64,000 bases of DNA. Source: Geosiphon pyriformis uo1. Lineage: Eukaryota > Fungi > Glomeromycota. The first letter of the stretch is position 1, and each line of letters starts with the position of its first letter. A program made the position numbers and the translations under genes. Under the pieces are notes generated by a model. It was not told the DNA's origin. It worked only from the letters and a program-made list of their open reading frames with translations, and ran no database searches. Of this stretch, positions 42,801 to 55,900 are shown piece after piece. The stretch lies in the NCBI GenBank assembly GCA_016748015.1, contig JAAOMT010000231.1, forward strand, positions 2,968 through 66,967, given 5' to 3'.

Positions 42801-43914
42801 ACATTATTTTTGGCCTCACATGCAAAAAAACATTCGACAATATGTAGAATCTTGTGATAATTGTCAAAGAAAAGGAGGAACTCACTCCACAGAACCTCTA
42901 AATCCAATCAAAGTTGGACAACCTTTTGACAGAGTTGGAATTGATTTAGTCGGACCATTACCTATCACAACCCAAGGAAATTATTATATTGTAGTTGCAG
43001 TGAATTATCTTATCAAATGGCCTGAAGCTAGAGCCATTCAAAGAGCAGATGCAAAATCAGTAGCAAATTTTATCTATGAAGACATTATCTGTAGACATGG
43101 ATGCCCAATTGAACTCTTATCTGATCAAGGAACACATTTTGTGAACAACTTGATACAAGAAATTTGTGAACAGTTCAATGTTAAAAGACTTCTATTATCA
43201 CCTTATCACCCTCAAACAAATGGACTTATAGAATGTTTCAACAGAACATTGTGTGAATCTCTAGCCAAAGTCTCAACAGACTTTGAGCAGGAATGGGATA
43301 TCTTTATTCCATCAGTGTTACTAGTATACAGAACACTAAAACAAGATACTACGAAACACACACCATTTGATCTTACTTATGGAAGAACAGCAACATTACC
43401 AATTAATTTCACAGTAGAAACATACCCAGTGCAACCAATCAATGAAGAAAACTTTCAAGAGACACTCCAAAGAAGAGTCTACACTCTTCTTAATACACTG
43501 GAAGGAAAAAGAAAAATAGCAGCAACTCATATTGAACATTCCCAAGCTCAACAAAAAGAAAAACATGACAACAAATTACCACCTATTACTAACGAATTTA
43601 AAGTTGGAAATAAAGTTTTCTTACACAGAACTAAGGCTGAAAAACAATGGAGTGGGAAATTTGAAAACAAATGGAATAGACCATTTTATATTCACGAAAT
43701 TCTAGGCAATAGATTATATAAGTTAAGACTTGATGACAAAATATTAGCAAAAATTGCACATAGAGACAGATTGAAACACTATCATTCCAGAAACAATTCT
43801 GAACCATTAATTCCACAAATTGGTACACATTCCCCTTTAATTAATTCTGAAGATATTCCCCGAAATTTAGAACCAATAATTATAATAGAACAACAACCAA
43901 ACTTGAACACTTAA
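36847..43914 (+). pseudogene. Single-frame gag-pol: N-terminal extension, Gag, CCHC knuckle, protease, Cys-rich insert, dUTPase, RT, RNase H, integrase
   Basis: All nine ORF-track fragments lie in the same frame, separated only by stops. CHYCGISGHWKQDC (38278-38319); ILNSELAGS (LDSG in the sister copy); dUTPase motifs RYDL, RSSLA, GVIDAEY, IAQ, GFGSTG; RT VMPFGLCN and YLDN (from YLDD); integrase HHCC, GIDLVGP, SDQG, PQTNGLIE.FNRTL. The order RT-RH-IN is the Ty3/Gypsy order. Confidence 0.95.
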
Positions 43915-44056
43915 ATTTTACAATAATTTTCTAATAAAAACACAAAGACAAAAATAGTAAATAATTACAAAACACCCAAACCCAAAAACAAATAAAAACC
44001 CCATATCCAAAAATAATTTTCTTTATTTTCTCTTTTCATAATTAGTCAATTTTATC

Positions 44057-44738
44057 ATGATTATTCCCTGAAATATTCAACAAATATCCCAAAAATTAAT
44101 GTTAGCCTTGAAAATACTCTCTGACTTATCTATAACGATTAATGGAAGTCAAATTAATTACATTCAGAAAGAAACCACAGCTCCAGTAGCAAATCATTTA
44201 CAAAACTATCACCCCTATAGAAGAAAAACAAGAAGTCACTCTGAGAATAGATTACCAAGACTTTTGAAGCAGACACTAGAAGAAAATCTTTTAATTGCCC
44301 CTATTGACATTTCACCAAATACTACAATGCAACAAAAACTTCTACTACTTCTTAATGAACAGAACAATAAACACACCCCTATTTATAAATACTTTCAAAT
44401 TGGAAAAACACTTTATGAACAAAAACAGGAACTTGAAGCCACAAATCTCACTCCTGAAGTTATACAAAAACAAATCCACAATGAATTTAAAACAGCAGCT
44501 GGACCAACAAACATTTGCTACAGACTTGTTTAATACTTGTGAAAATGTTTTACAAAATCCAATATTGCAACCAATGAAAGTCCAATACATTGGCAAACTC
44601 ACAGAACTGAAATTTCAACAATTTTCAGACCAGATTACTTCAATTATTTTAGATCACTATCTCAATATTACAGATAGTGCTTGGACTTCGACAGAGCTCA
44701 ATCTTGAGGAGGAGATTATGTTACCAGTAGAATTTTAG
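44057..44738 (+). pseudogene. Extra ORF3 downstream of integrase (env position), unknown function
   Basis: ATG at 44057 is in frame with ORF 44099-44533 (one TGA, probably from CGA). After a frameshift near 44515 it continues through the PPT into the 3' LTR. No obvious TM segment. Confidence 0.55.
44706..44715 (+). promoter_or_regulatory. Polypurine tract
   Basis: GAGGAGGAGA lies 3 nt upstream of the 3' LTR. Confidence 0.8.
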
Positions 44739-45692
44739 CTATTAATTAGCATGAAATTACCCTTATAATTCCTATAATTCATTAGTATATTAATATCATT
44801 TCAAATTATCATTTATTATTTAATCAATTATCACATATCACGATTCAATTAAAATAATCTAATTAGTATAACAGAAAGTAGGATGATCAAATTACACAAT
44901 ACCCTGAACTTTGTAACATTCAAAAATTCACCGAAATTTACAGAAATTTGCCAAAATTATGAATAGTTCACCCAAATTAATCAATAGTTCAGTAAAATAA
45001 CTTGTAGTTCATCAAAATGTATCTTTTGTTCACCAAAATTTGAGCAAAGAGAAAAAGTGCAAGTTTATAGACTAGTACTACAAAAAGTTGTATAAAAAAA
45101 GAGCTTTTCTCTTCTGGAAAATGTATCTTACTTTAGATTTATCTCTTAAAACCATTCCTATACACACAAAAAGAAATAAATATCAAATAATTCGAAAAAA
45201 AACCAAATTCTTTAATTATTGTACTTGGAAAATCCCCAAAACCCAACTAACATTTCGAAATTGATTAGCTACCAATTTCAGTAAACTGTTAGTGACTCCA
45301 GGTCTAGATAGAAAACGTTTCTCTTGACAAAAATTCTATTTCTTTTACATTTTTTTTCTTTTTTTTTTCTTTTTTTATTACAATCATTAGGATAGCCTAC
45401 AGACAAGATTTCTGTAGAAGAGTTGACTTTCACAGCAAAGTAACTATACATTTTAGTAAGCTTCCAGACAAGCAATTCCTGGAAAAGAGTTGACGTTTAC
45501 TACAATGTAACTACATAAAGTAACTGGCACAGAATTGGCCATTCCACTTATAAGCCCAGCAGTTCAAATTATAAGAGATAATTTGAAGATAAATTCAGTT
45601 ATTGGAGGTTTAACTACTTCTAGAAAACGTGAATTCACAACAAACAGACATTAACAACATTCAAAAAAAGAGACCAAAAACCTCTAGTAACA
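44719..45692 (+). repeat. 3' LTR (subtype B)
   Basis: TGTTACCAG..CTAGTAACA; two internal ~20-bp units and diagnostic variants shared with 48336-49307. Confidence 0.95.
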
Positions 45693-48600
45693 TCATGGTT
45701 TTGGTGTAGAATATCTAACTTTCTTCCATCCTCTTGATTCTTCAAAAATCTCTTGTTTGGTTTTTTCAGCCCAATTGGATGTTGATCCAAGAGCCATGTA
45801 GGTTTCAGTAAGTGGCATTTTTTTCTCCTCTTCAAATTCAAATACTGGAGCTTTTTCTGATTGTTTGTTAAAGATACTACAGGTTGCAGGTACTATGGTA
45901 TATTGTTCTTGGTATGAGATTTTAAGTTCTTGAGTTTCCCAGTTCAGGTTTGCATTGGCCTTGAAAAGCCAATCATTTCTGACTAGAGCTTGGTATTGGG
46001 GTGTATTCATAACAAGAACTTTAACTGGAATGGTGATTTCATCAATTGAAAAAGGAAAATCATCAATTTCTCCTATTGGAGTTTTCTTCATATCATCAGC
46101 TGTGACAATAACTGTTTGAGCTGGTCTGTCTACGTTTCGTTTGAGTTGTTGTATCAGCTGGTAAGTAATGATACTTCTAGCTGATCCACTATCTAAGATT
46201 AAGCGAATGGATTTTCCTTCCATTGTAGCTTCTGTGTATATGGCAGTAATTGCTTTCTGTTCATTGACTGCTGCATTATTAAACAGAAATGGTGATTCAT
46301 TTGCTTCAAATTCAAATGGAAATATATCTGACAGATTAGCATTTTGGGCAATTTGAGCTGGTGGAATAGTGTGGTTGGAAGAGTTTGATCTTAGTGCTGC
46401 AACTTCATCTTCAGAAAGTGCAGTTTGTTGAAAATCCGATTCCTTTGGTATTGTAAGATAACTGGGTTGAGTATGATAGTAATTGGGTCTTTGCTGACCC
46501 GAATTTTGGGGAACCAACTGGTTATTTTGATTGATTCTGTTGTGGTTATTCTGCAATTGATTTTGGGATGTGAATTGGTTATGTTGAACCAATTTTCTTG
46601 CTGGTACTTGATATTGTTGAGTGGGTAGTGTCTGATATAGCTGAATTGGTAAAGGTTGCTGATATTGTTGCTGCATTGATTGTGGAGCTGGTGGATAGTA
46701 GTTTTGATTTTGTGGTCTTGGTAAATAATAGGTTGGTAATGGAGATTGGTAATAAGATTGTTGTGGTAAAGAGTAATACTGATTACTCCTGTTTTGTTGG
46801 TCTCTTTGCAATTTCCTACAATCTCGTTTCCAGTGTCCTGGAATTCCACAATAATGACAATTTTGAGATTGGTTGTTAGATGGTAATCTAAAATTGTTTT
46901 GGTTGTATCATTGTGGTAGTTGATATCTTTGTGGTTGTTGCTGCTGTTGTTGTTAGTTTGTAAAATAGCTTTCAACTTTCTTTGTGAATTGGTCTATCTT
47001 TTCTTCAGCTGTTGAGCTGGTTTCTCCAATTGCAAGGTTTACAAGCTTGGTGTGATTTGCTTCTTCTATTGCTATTTCATAGCTCTTTGCATGTCTAATA
47101 GCAGTTGCTAAGTCTGCTGGAGCATGTGGACAGACTTTCTTAATCAGTTTGTCTTTTAATCCTGCTATAAACTGATCCAGAATTTGAGCATCAGAATAGT
47201 AGTTATTGGTTTCCAATTGTCGGATTTGTCTAAGAAGTTTGTTAAATCTTCTAAGATAAGTCATAACAGATTCAGATGTTTCTTGTTTGATATTGTGAAA
47301 GCAGTTTCTGAGAGTGATAGAGGTATTGTTGTCGGTAAATTGTTGTAGAAAAGCATCTTTGAATGCTTGTCAGTTTTCAAATAGTTCTTCTAAATTTTTA
47401 AACCATTCTTCTGTTGTTCCTTGGAGAAAGTAGGGAATTGCTTTGAGCATTCTTGCTGCAATCCAACCATTTGCGTCTCCTGCTTTTTGAACCTTGTTAA
47501 GCCATTTTTGAGGACTGGTATCATTGTTTTCACCAGTGAATTCTGGGATTTTTGCAATGTAAACAGTTGCCATTTCTTCTTTGTTTTTTGTAATTTCTTC
47601 TGGTTCTGATTCAGTTTCTTTACTTTCCAAGCTTTTTGAGTGATTACTTTCATTTTCCCATAAGTAATCAATGATATTGGCACTTGTTGATATTGGTTCC
47701 TGCTGTTGAATAGGATTTCTAGGTGACTGAAAATCCTTTGGTCTGGAGAAACGGCTAAGTGGTGAACTTGGTGTTTGTGGTTGAATAAGTGAAATTGGAA
47801 ATAATGTAATAGAAAGTGGTAATTTGATACTGGTTCCTTGTTCAGGTGTTTGCAAGTGTTTGGCAGTTGTTTTTTGTAGTGTTAAAGTGTTTGGAGTGGT
47901 TCTTGAGTATTGCTTCAATCTTTGTTTGTCTTTGTTGCTTGTTTCTGTCTCTGATTCAAAGTCAAAAGAGTATTTAGACTGTACTGGATATTTTTCTTTA
48001 CAATACTCAATAATATTAAAATTAAGTTCTTGGAAGTAGGTAGCAAGTGTTTTACTGTTCAGGTCTTCTGTTCCCAATTGTGAATAGTACACTAAATTAT
48101 TGTAGAGATTGCTTCTAACTTCTGAAATATTGTAGTTTCCAAAAAGATAATTGTTGATGCGGTTTTCAATGTATTGATATACTGATTTCTTTACAACTTC
48201 AATTCCGTCTGAAATGTTGAATTTTTGCTTGCAGTGAGTGTAAATTGACTGGTAATACTTTAGAGTTGTTGTGTCTGGTGTGGTTGCTACTTTGAATTTG
48301 TTGTTGCTGTGTTATTTTCGTGAAAGAGCACTAAATGTTACCAGAGGTTTTTGGTCTCTTTTCTTAAATGTTGGTAATGTTGTTTTGCTGTGAATTCACG
48401 TTCTCATAAAGTAGTTGAACCTCCAATAACTGAATTTATCTTCAAATTATCTTCTATAATTTGAACTTGCTGGGCTTATAAGTGGAATGGCCAATTTTGT
48501 GCCAGTTACTTTATGTAGTTACATTGTAGTAAATGTTAACTTTTTCTCAGGAATTGCTCATCTGGAAGCTTACTAAAATGTATAGTTACTTTGCTGTGAA

Positions 48601-49307
48601 AGTCAACTCTTCTACAGAAATCTTGTCTGTAGGCTACCCTAATAATTGTAATAAGAAAAGAAAAGAAAAATAAAAGAAATGTAAAAGAAATAGAATTTTG
48701 TTAAGAAAAACGTTTTCTATCCAGGCCTGGAGTCACTAACAGTTTACTGAAATTGGTAGCTAATCAATTTCAAAACGTTAGTTGGGTTTTGAGGATTTTT
48801 CAAGTGCAATAATTTAAAGAATTTGGTTTTTTGAATTATTTGATATTTATTTCTTTTTGTGTATATAGGAATGGTTCTAAGTAATAAATCTAAAGTAAGA
48901 TACATTTTCCAGAAGAAAAAAGCTCTTCTTTTATACAACTTGTTGTAGTACTAGTCTATGAACTTGCACTTTTTCTCTTTGCTTAAATTTCAGCAAACTA
49001 AAGATACATTTTGATGAACTACAAGTTATTTCACTGAACTATTGATTAATTTGGGTGAACTATTCATAATTTCGGCGAATTTTTGTAAATTTCGGCAAAT
49101 TTTTGAATGTTACAAAGTTCAGGGTATTGTGTAATTTGATCATCCTACTTTCTGTTATACTAATTAGATTATTTTAATTGAATTGTGATATGTGATAATT
49201 GATTAAATAATAAATGATAATTTGAAATAATATTAATATACTAATGAATTATAGGAATTATAAGAGTAATTTCATGCTAATTAATAGCTAAAATTCTACT
49301 GGTAACA
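45693..49307 (-). mobile_element. Inverted, 3'-truncated second Gypsy copy (LTR 48336-49307, PBS, gag, protease)
   Basis: Minus-strand ORFs closely resemble the + copy (MATVYIAKIPEF, ILDSGSARS). The copy breaks off at KVRYSTPKP exactly at the end of the 44719-45692 LTR. Confidence 0.95.
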
Positions 49308-49508
49308 ACGTTTATTACAATGTAACTACATAAAGTAACTGGCAAGGAATTGGTCATTCCACTTATAAGCTCAGCAAGTTCAAATTATAGAAGATAATTT
49401 GAAGATAAATTCAGTTATTGGAGGTTCAACTACTTCTAAAAAACGTGAATTTGCAACCAACAGACATTTACAATATTCAAAAAAAGAGACCAAAAACCTC
49501 TGGTAACA
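49308..49508 (+). repeat. 3' 200 bp of a subtype-A LTR
   Basis: Carries GGCAAGGAATT and ATTTGCAACCAACAGACATTTAC like LTR 35800-36801, and ends CTCTGGTAACA. Confidence 0.9.
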
Positions 49509-49919
49509 GTGCCTAATTATATAATATTAATGACTAATATATGTAATAACTAATAAAAATTATGAGTTTCAACTATAACAATATTAATTTTTGGCCAATT
49601 TTTACTAATTTAAAAATAAAATAAAACATGGTTTTATATATATTTTTAATTAATTAACTTATTAAATTATTTAATTTTAAAGATTAAATTAATTAAATAA
49701 AAATTGAATTTACATTTTTTTTGTTTTTTAATATTATTATTTTTGGTAATACTTAAAATAAAATTACTAATTATTAAAAATTTGCTAAATAAGTCTTTAT
49801 TTTAGTGTTTAATATCTTTTTATTAATATTGTTTTTTAATTTATATATATTTTATTAATATAAAACTATTTTATGTAAATTTTATTTATTAATTTATTTT
49901 AAATACTATTTTTTAAGTT

Positions 49920-50540
49920 AAGTTTAAAAGTTTATTTTTTTTTTACTATTATTTTTTTATATAATATGTTTAAAAATATATCTGCTGCTAATATAAAAAT
50001 GATTTTTGGTATTTTTGGTAAAATTATTTAAATTATTATAAAATTTGTTAGTATTTGGTAATATATTATTCTGTATTTAAATTTTTTAATACAGTTATAC
50101 TATTTTTATTTCCTAATAAATAAAAATAATATATTAAAATTTTTTTATATTAAAAAAGATTATTTTTTTATAATATGTTTAAAACCAAATTAATTGATTT
50201 TTATTTTGGTTATATTGCTTTTAAAACAGTAATTTGGTTTTTTAAATTAATAATTATATATGTTTTATTTTTTATTTTATTAATTTTATTTAATAATTAT
50301 AATATATTATTATAATTTTTGGTTTTAAAAGAGATTTAAATATTGTTATTAAAATTAATATTTTAAAAAATTGTTATATTTGGTAAAAACTTTTAATTAT
50401 TAATATTATTTTAAATATTAAAATTCAGATTATTTAATTAAAAATTACAAAATATTAATATATTTTTTTCTAAGTTTTTATTTAAGTTTGTAATTAATTT
50501 TAAAGTTTTTAAAAAACAAATTAAATCAGTAAAAATTCAA
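49920..50540 (+). mobile_element. Extremely AT-shifted relic (middle part) of the ORF1-only family
   Basis: TCTGCTGCTAATATAAAAATGATTTTTGGTATTTTTGGT..TTGTTAGTATTTGGTAATAT aligns to TCTGCTGCTAACATTAAGACAGCTCTTAGTGTTTTTGGT..CTGCTGGCATTTGGCAATAT (about 59770-59850). Confidence 0.65.
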
Positions 50541-50596
50541 TATGTAAAATTAGTTTATAAATATCTTAGTTAATAATTAGATTAATGATTAGATTA

Positions 50597-50640
50597 ATAA
50601 TTAAGTCATAATTAAGTCATAATTAAGTCATAATTAAGTC
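50597..50640. repeat. Tandem repeat (ATAATTAAGTC)x4
   Basis: Four exact 11-bp units. Confidence 0.9.
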
Positions 50641-51100
50641 AATAATTATATTAATAATTAATTTTAAAAATAAGATAACTAATTAATAATATTAGTATAA
50701 TTTAATAAGTATTGTTTTTTATTCAAAAATTTTATTAATACAAAATAATTGTTTAATTATTATGTTAAATTAAAGCAGTTATATTAATAATTAAATTGGT
50801 TTAATTAGAATAGTTATTATTATTACTTAATAATAAGTTTGAAAAAAATATTAATATTTTAATAATTTACTCTTTTATAATATATTATAATCAAATTTAT
50901 TTAATTAAAGTATTTAATAAGTTAATTATATATATTATAATTTTTTTTGTTGTATAATTAAAAAAACAAAACTTCTTTCTCTCTTACCTCCTAAAATCCT
51001 CAAAAAGCATATTTCGAAAGAAGTTTTTTTCTGCTATTTCATATTGTCTTCCATCACTTTACAAGAAACAAATCCTTTTGTTATTGACCTGGCTGCTCCC

Positions 51101-52963
51101 ATGAGTGGTACTGGTGCTAAAAAAAGGTCGACCAGAGTTCCAACTTCTGGTTCAGTTAGTAGTAATTCAAGTTATAAGGTCAAGAAACCTCCTGGTGGTG
51201 CTAAGCTATCAAGTAGTGGTGTGGCTCTCAAAGATAGTGGATCTGATCAAGTAATTGGGCAGTTTAATAGCATGGATACTGATGGGGAGACTTTTGAAAG
51301 TGAAAAAGTATCCAATTCTAAGATGAATACACCCCAAGCCAAGCGTTTCAATAATAGTGCAATTGTTGACTCTCCTCTCGGCTCTATTAATTTTGACATG
51401 GAAGAGAAAGAGGAGGTTTCTCTTCCCCCTTATAAGTTTTTTTCTTTGGATAAGACGTGGATTGATCCCAAAATCATTAAAACTCAGGTGGAAGTGGCTG
51501 TAAAAAAATCTTTTGCTTTAGACATCAATTTTTCGGCTGTGAAAAGAAAATCGGCAATGACCAAAACTCACATCATAAGAAAATTATTTTCAAGAATCAA
51601 TGGTTTTGGGGGGACCACTACCCCCTCAAAATTTGAAGAAATCATCAAATCTACCTTCATCTCTGAAGCAAACATAGAAAAAGCCATCTCATTGGCCAGA
51701 GAAAATGACATCATAGTAAACAGCAATCTTAAGAGACAAGAAATTAGGTCAGATTGGGCTGTGGTGATCAAAGAAATTCTCATGGACATGCCAAAGGATA
51801 TGATCATCACCACAGTGTCTGAATTTGGGGAAATTAAATCAATCAAAATTCAGCTGATCGGCATGTGGCAGAAAGCTGTGGTGGAATTTGCCGAACTAAG
51901 ACAGACAGAGCAATTGGCTTCAAAATGGTTCTTCTTAATTGGAAAAAATTCAGTTCGTGTGGCCATGACCATGAGAGATCATGATACATAGGCTTCAAGA
52001 GATTGGTTTAAAGCACTGTTGTTTACTTTGCTAATGGGAACAACTATGCACGATTTTGGCAATCTTTTGGAGAAGGCCAGTGGAAAAACTTGTATCATCA
52101 ATCATTCATTGGAAACTGGCAATAGATTTCATTGTGCTGTGGTCTGTTTTGAATTTGATGAAGCTATGAAATCAGCTTTTCGCATGGAACCAATCTTTGG
52201 TGGTGTGAAACTCTCATGGGCTAGGTTAAATTTAGTTTATTGTGAACAGTATGGGAAGTTTGGTCATTCTGCCTTGGAATGTGATGCTGAAGTTGTGTCA
52301 GCTTCTCAGTCGCCTAAGTCATTTAAAAAGCCCGCTAACTTGAATACTCGTCTACAGTTGGCCAAATTATATGCTAAAAAGAAGATTCCAATCTCTTGTC
52401 CTGTTGCTTTTAGAGGCAAATCCTGGGCCCAAGTGGTCTCAATCGCTTCAGCCTCTTATGGTTCTCATGATGGCTCTGGTTCTGGTTCTATGCCCTTTGG
52501 TGCTTCAAGTTCTGGTGGTACCTCTCCCTCTCTTTCTATGGTTAATTTCCTCTTGGGTACACATTTGGCACGTTTGGAACGCTCTGTGGAGCTCTTATCT
52601 GATCAAATTTTGAACATTCTTCTTCATCTTAACAATCTCAGTTTGGTGCCTTTGGCTCTTCATTCTAGTGTGATTCCTTCTGTAAGTACTTCTCACCCAT
52701 CTGTCTCTGATTCTCTTATGGTTGCTGACGCTAACTTGGGTTCCAATATGGTGTTAGATGTTCCTTTGATTCAGCCTATTTTTCTCTCTTCTGGCAATAA
52801 CAATTCTTAATTGAGCCTGAGCAGTTTCAAGGTGCTAACTTCTAAAGTTGGCATTTTAGAGTCAAAGCTGGTTGTCCTCGATGCTTCCATTGGCTCAATT
52901 TTGGCAAAGTTAGAGCAAATGTGTACTGGTTCGGGTCCTCTGGTTCTCTCCTCATCTCAATGA
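51101..52963 (+). pseudogene. LINE ORF1 (RRM-like domains, CCHC knuckle, coiled coil)
   Basis: Single frame; SEFGEIKSIKIQL..QKAVVEF, CAVVCFE, CEQYGKFGHSALEC; the TGA at 52961-52963 overlaps the ORF2 ATG. Start codon uncertain. Confidence 0.8.
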
Positions 52964-55900
52964 CCAATTATATTTAGAAAATTGTCATGTGCAATGTTAG
53001 GGGAATGAACAATTCTGCAAAGCAGGATGATATAGTTTGTTGGCACAAGGACATGGACAATTTGGTTTCTATTTTTACCGAGATGAAGTTGAAGGATAAG
53101 GTTTGTCCCTGGATCATCAACAGATTTGATGGTGTTCGGGTGTTTATTTTTGGTTTGGATTCTGGATATCTGGGTGCTGGTATGGTGGTTGTCATGGACT
53201 CTTCTTTGGCAAGGCATGTGTGCAAGGTTTCTGAAGTGCCTGGCCAGCTTCTGTCTATTAAATTACTTTTCAAGAATAAGCTCTCAGTGTCAATTCTGGG
53301 GCTTTATGCTGGTGCTTCTTTGGTGGTATGATTTTCTTAGGCTAATGAAATCAACTCTCTCATTGCGAGGGCTGTTAACGAATCTTCTTTCGTTGTTCTT
53401 GAGAGTGATTTTAATGAAGACAGTTCTCAAAAGAGTGCAAGTTTTAAAAAATGCTTGGATTTGGGTCTGGTCAATTTTTTAGTCGATAGCCTGGCTGCGA
53501 AAATGCCCACTTGGGAAAATTTTAGGGGTGTTAAAAAAACAATTGATTACATGTTTGTCTCCCCGAATCTGGTCAATGCGATAGCAAATCATGGAGTTTT
53601 AAATGTCGGTAAGCATTTTGACACAGACCATTAAGCTGTTTTAGTGTCTTTGGGTTTGGGTGGACTTTTGAATACACACTTAAATTCTCTTTGCATACAA
53701 GCGAACAGAGATTGTTGGAAGTTTGACATCAAGAGTGCCAATGAAGCTAGGTGGTTGGAGTTCAAAGATGCTTTAGCTGCTAATGCCTCTATGTTTTTGG
53801 ATGCTTTTGGTGTGGCAGTGGAGTTTTCAGATATGGACGCTATATGGAATATTATTTGCAAGATCATGGTGTTTTCAGCAGATAGTACATTTAAGAAAAA
53901 ATGGTTCAAAGATTTTGATGGTGTGTTTACTAAGACTTCCTCTAGGTTTCACAAGTTAGAGCTGCTGGTTTCTAAGCTGGTCAAGGCTTCGCATTTGGCT
54001 TCTAGTAATGGTTTTGCTTTTTTGTTAGAGGTGTGGCACAAGCTCGACTCCCCTGGTGCATCAGTAGTTAAGTCTCTGTTTTTTTCAGGTTCTAATTTTG
54101 ATCTCATTTGTTTTGCGCTGGCCAAAACAAGGAAATTGTACTGCTCTTTCAAATTATTGGAATCCAAGCATGCTGAGGAATCCTTAATCAAGCAGGCTAT
54201 TGGTAAGAAGATAGAAAGTTTTGAGCTAAACAAGGGACACATCATTAGGAATGTTTTGGAGCATCCTTTTCGCAAGATGGTCCTGGATTATCTGATTGTA
54301 GAAGATGAGTTGGTTTTAGAGTCTGGTTTGGTTAAGTCTAAGGTAGATGAAATTATGGAGAGTTGGACCAGAAAGCGTGTGGTGGTATCTGATATCTCTG
54401 AGGATTGGGCCTGCCAATATTGGCCTCTGGATTACGTGTTTGATAGTGCTTTCTCTGATGTCATGTGTTCGATTAGTTTTGATGAATTGTTGTCTGTTGT
54501 CAAGGATCTTCCTGATAAAAAGGCGGCTGGTCTTTCTGGTATCTCCAACAAATTGTAGAAACATTGTAACAAATCTGTTTTGGATTTGCTTTTGGTGCTT
54601 TTGAATTCTTGTTTGGTTGGTGAATCAGTTCCTGGGCCATGAAGAGAAGCTTGAGTTTCAATGATTCCTAAACCATATGAATGGAAGGGAGTTCTCACAA
54701 ACACCCATCCTATAGCTTTAATTAAAATGGCCCACAAGATTCTTTCCAAGATCCTTTCAGATAGAATTTCATTGGCTTGCAGCACTTTTGAGGTTCTTCG
54801 TGGAAACAATTTTTCTGTTCTGAAAGGTACAATGATGTAATCTCCCATTTTTGCTATTGGTTCTGTGATTAAGAATGCCTTGGAGAAAAACCGTGAACTT
54901 TGGCTGGTTTTACAAAACATGCGCAAAGCTTATGACTCGGTTGGTTGGGAACATCTTAGGAGGAGTCTGGTCAGGATCAAGATGTGTGACAGGTTTATTA
55001 GATTTTTTGGTAGTATTCACAATGGTCGCGTCAACAGGGTAATGACTGACTTTGGCTTGACTAATGAGTATTGTGTCCATGATGGGCTGGATCAGGGAGA
55101 AGTTTTCTTGCTCCTTCTTTAGTATATTTTTTATGATTCACTTTTGTGCAAAGTCAAGAGACAGGAGAGTGTGTGTGGTTACAGAATGAATTCTTATTTT
55201 ATTTCCAAAACTGGCCAAGTAGATCCTCAAGCTGGACTGACTTCATTTCTTGCTGCTGATGCTTTCATCGATAATACTATTTGGGTTAGTAGCAGCCAGG
55301 CTGCTACTCAACACATTTTTAATGTTGCTAGTGAATTTTTCAGGTTCAATAACATTTCTGTAAATAACAACAAGATGGTTGTCATCCCTATCAACTGATG
55401 AATGATGGATTCTTGTTTAACCATTAGTGGCTTGCCCATTTTTATTGCCAAGAAGGGGGTATTTCATTGCTATATTGGTATCTTTTTGTCTTTTGAGGGT
55501 CTTTCGAAGCCTAGTTTGGCTAAAGCTCAGGTGAATGTGCAATTTTTTGTGAATCTTGTTTTAAGGAAGGCAGTTTCGAACAAACAGTGTGCATATTTGG
55601 TGTCTGCAGTTCTTTTCCCTATCATCAGCTACAGGACTCAGTTCAGTTTTGTCTCTGTTGGTGTTTGTAATAAATGGGATGCTCTGGTATGCAAGATCTT
55701 GTAATCTAAGTTTGGGTTGCCACATAATTTCCCCAGTAATGCGCTTCATTACCCCTCTTTGTACAATTTAAAGACCTTTGAACAGATCCAGACAGAGAGT
55801 AAATCGGCCTCCATTATTGCTTTTGTGAATTCTACTGGTGTTTTGGGTCACTTGTTTTCTCATAGATCTCATGACCTCCAGGCTCTCAGTTGGCATTCTT

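Larger units (their letters stand above)
35800..49508 (+). mobile_element. Rearranged nest of Ty3/Gypsy LTR retrotransposons (outer boundaries)
   Basis: Outer termini TGTTACCAG..CTGGTAACA; 4-bp flanks ATGC (35796-35799) and GTGC (49509-49512) form a TSD with one transition. Confidence 0.8.

Noticed and set aside
43600-43914. Possible chromodomain at the integrase C-terminus
   Set aside because: Only a GPF/Y-like module (WNRPFYI) and a short tail; no aromatic-cage chromodomain pattern seen.
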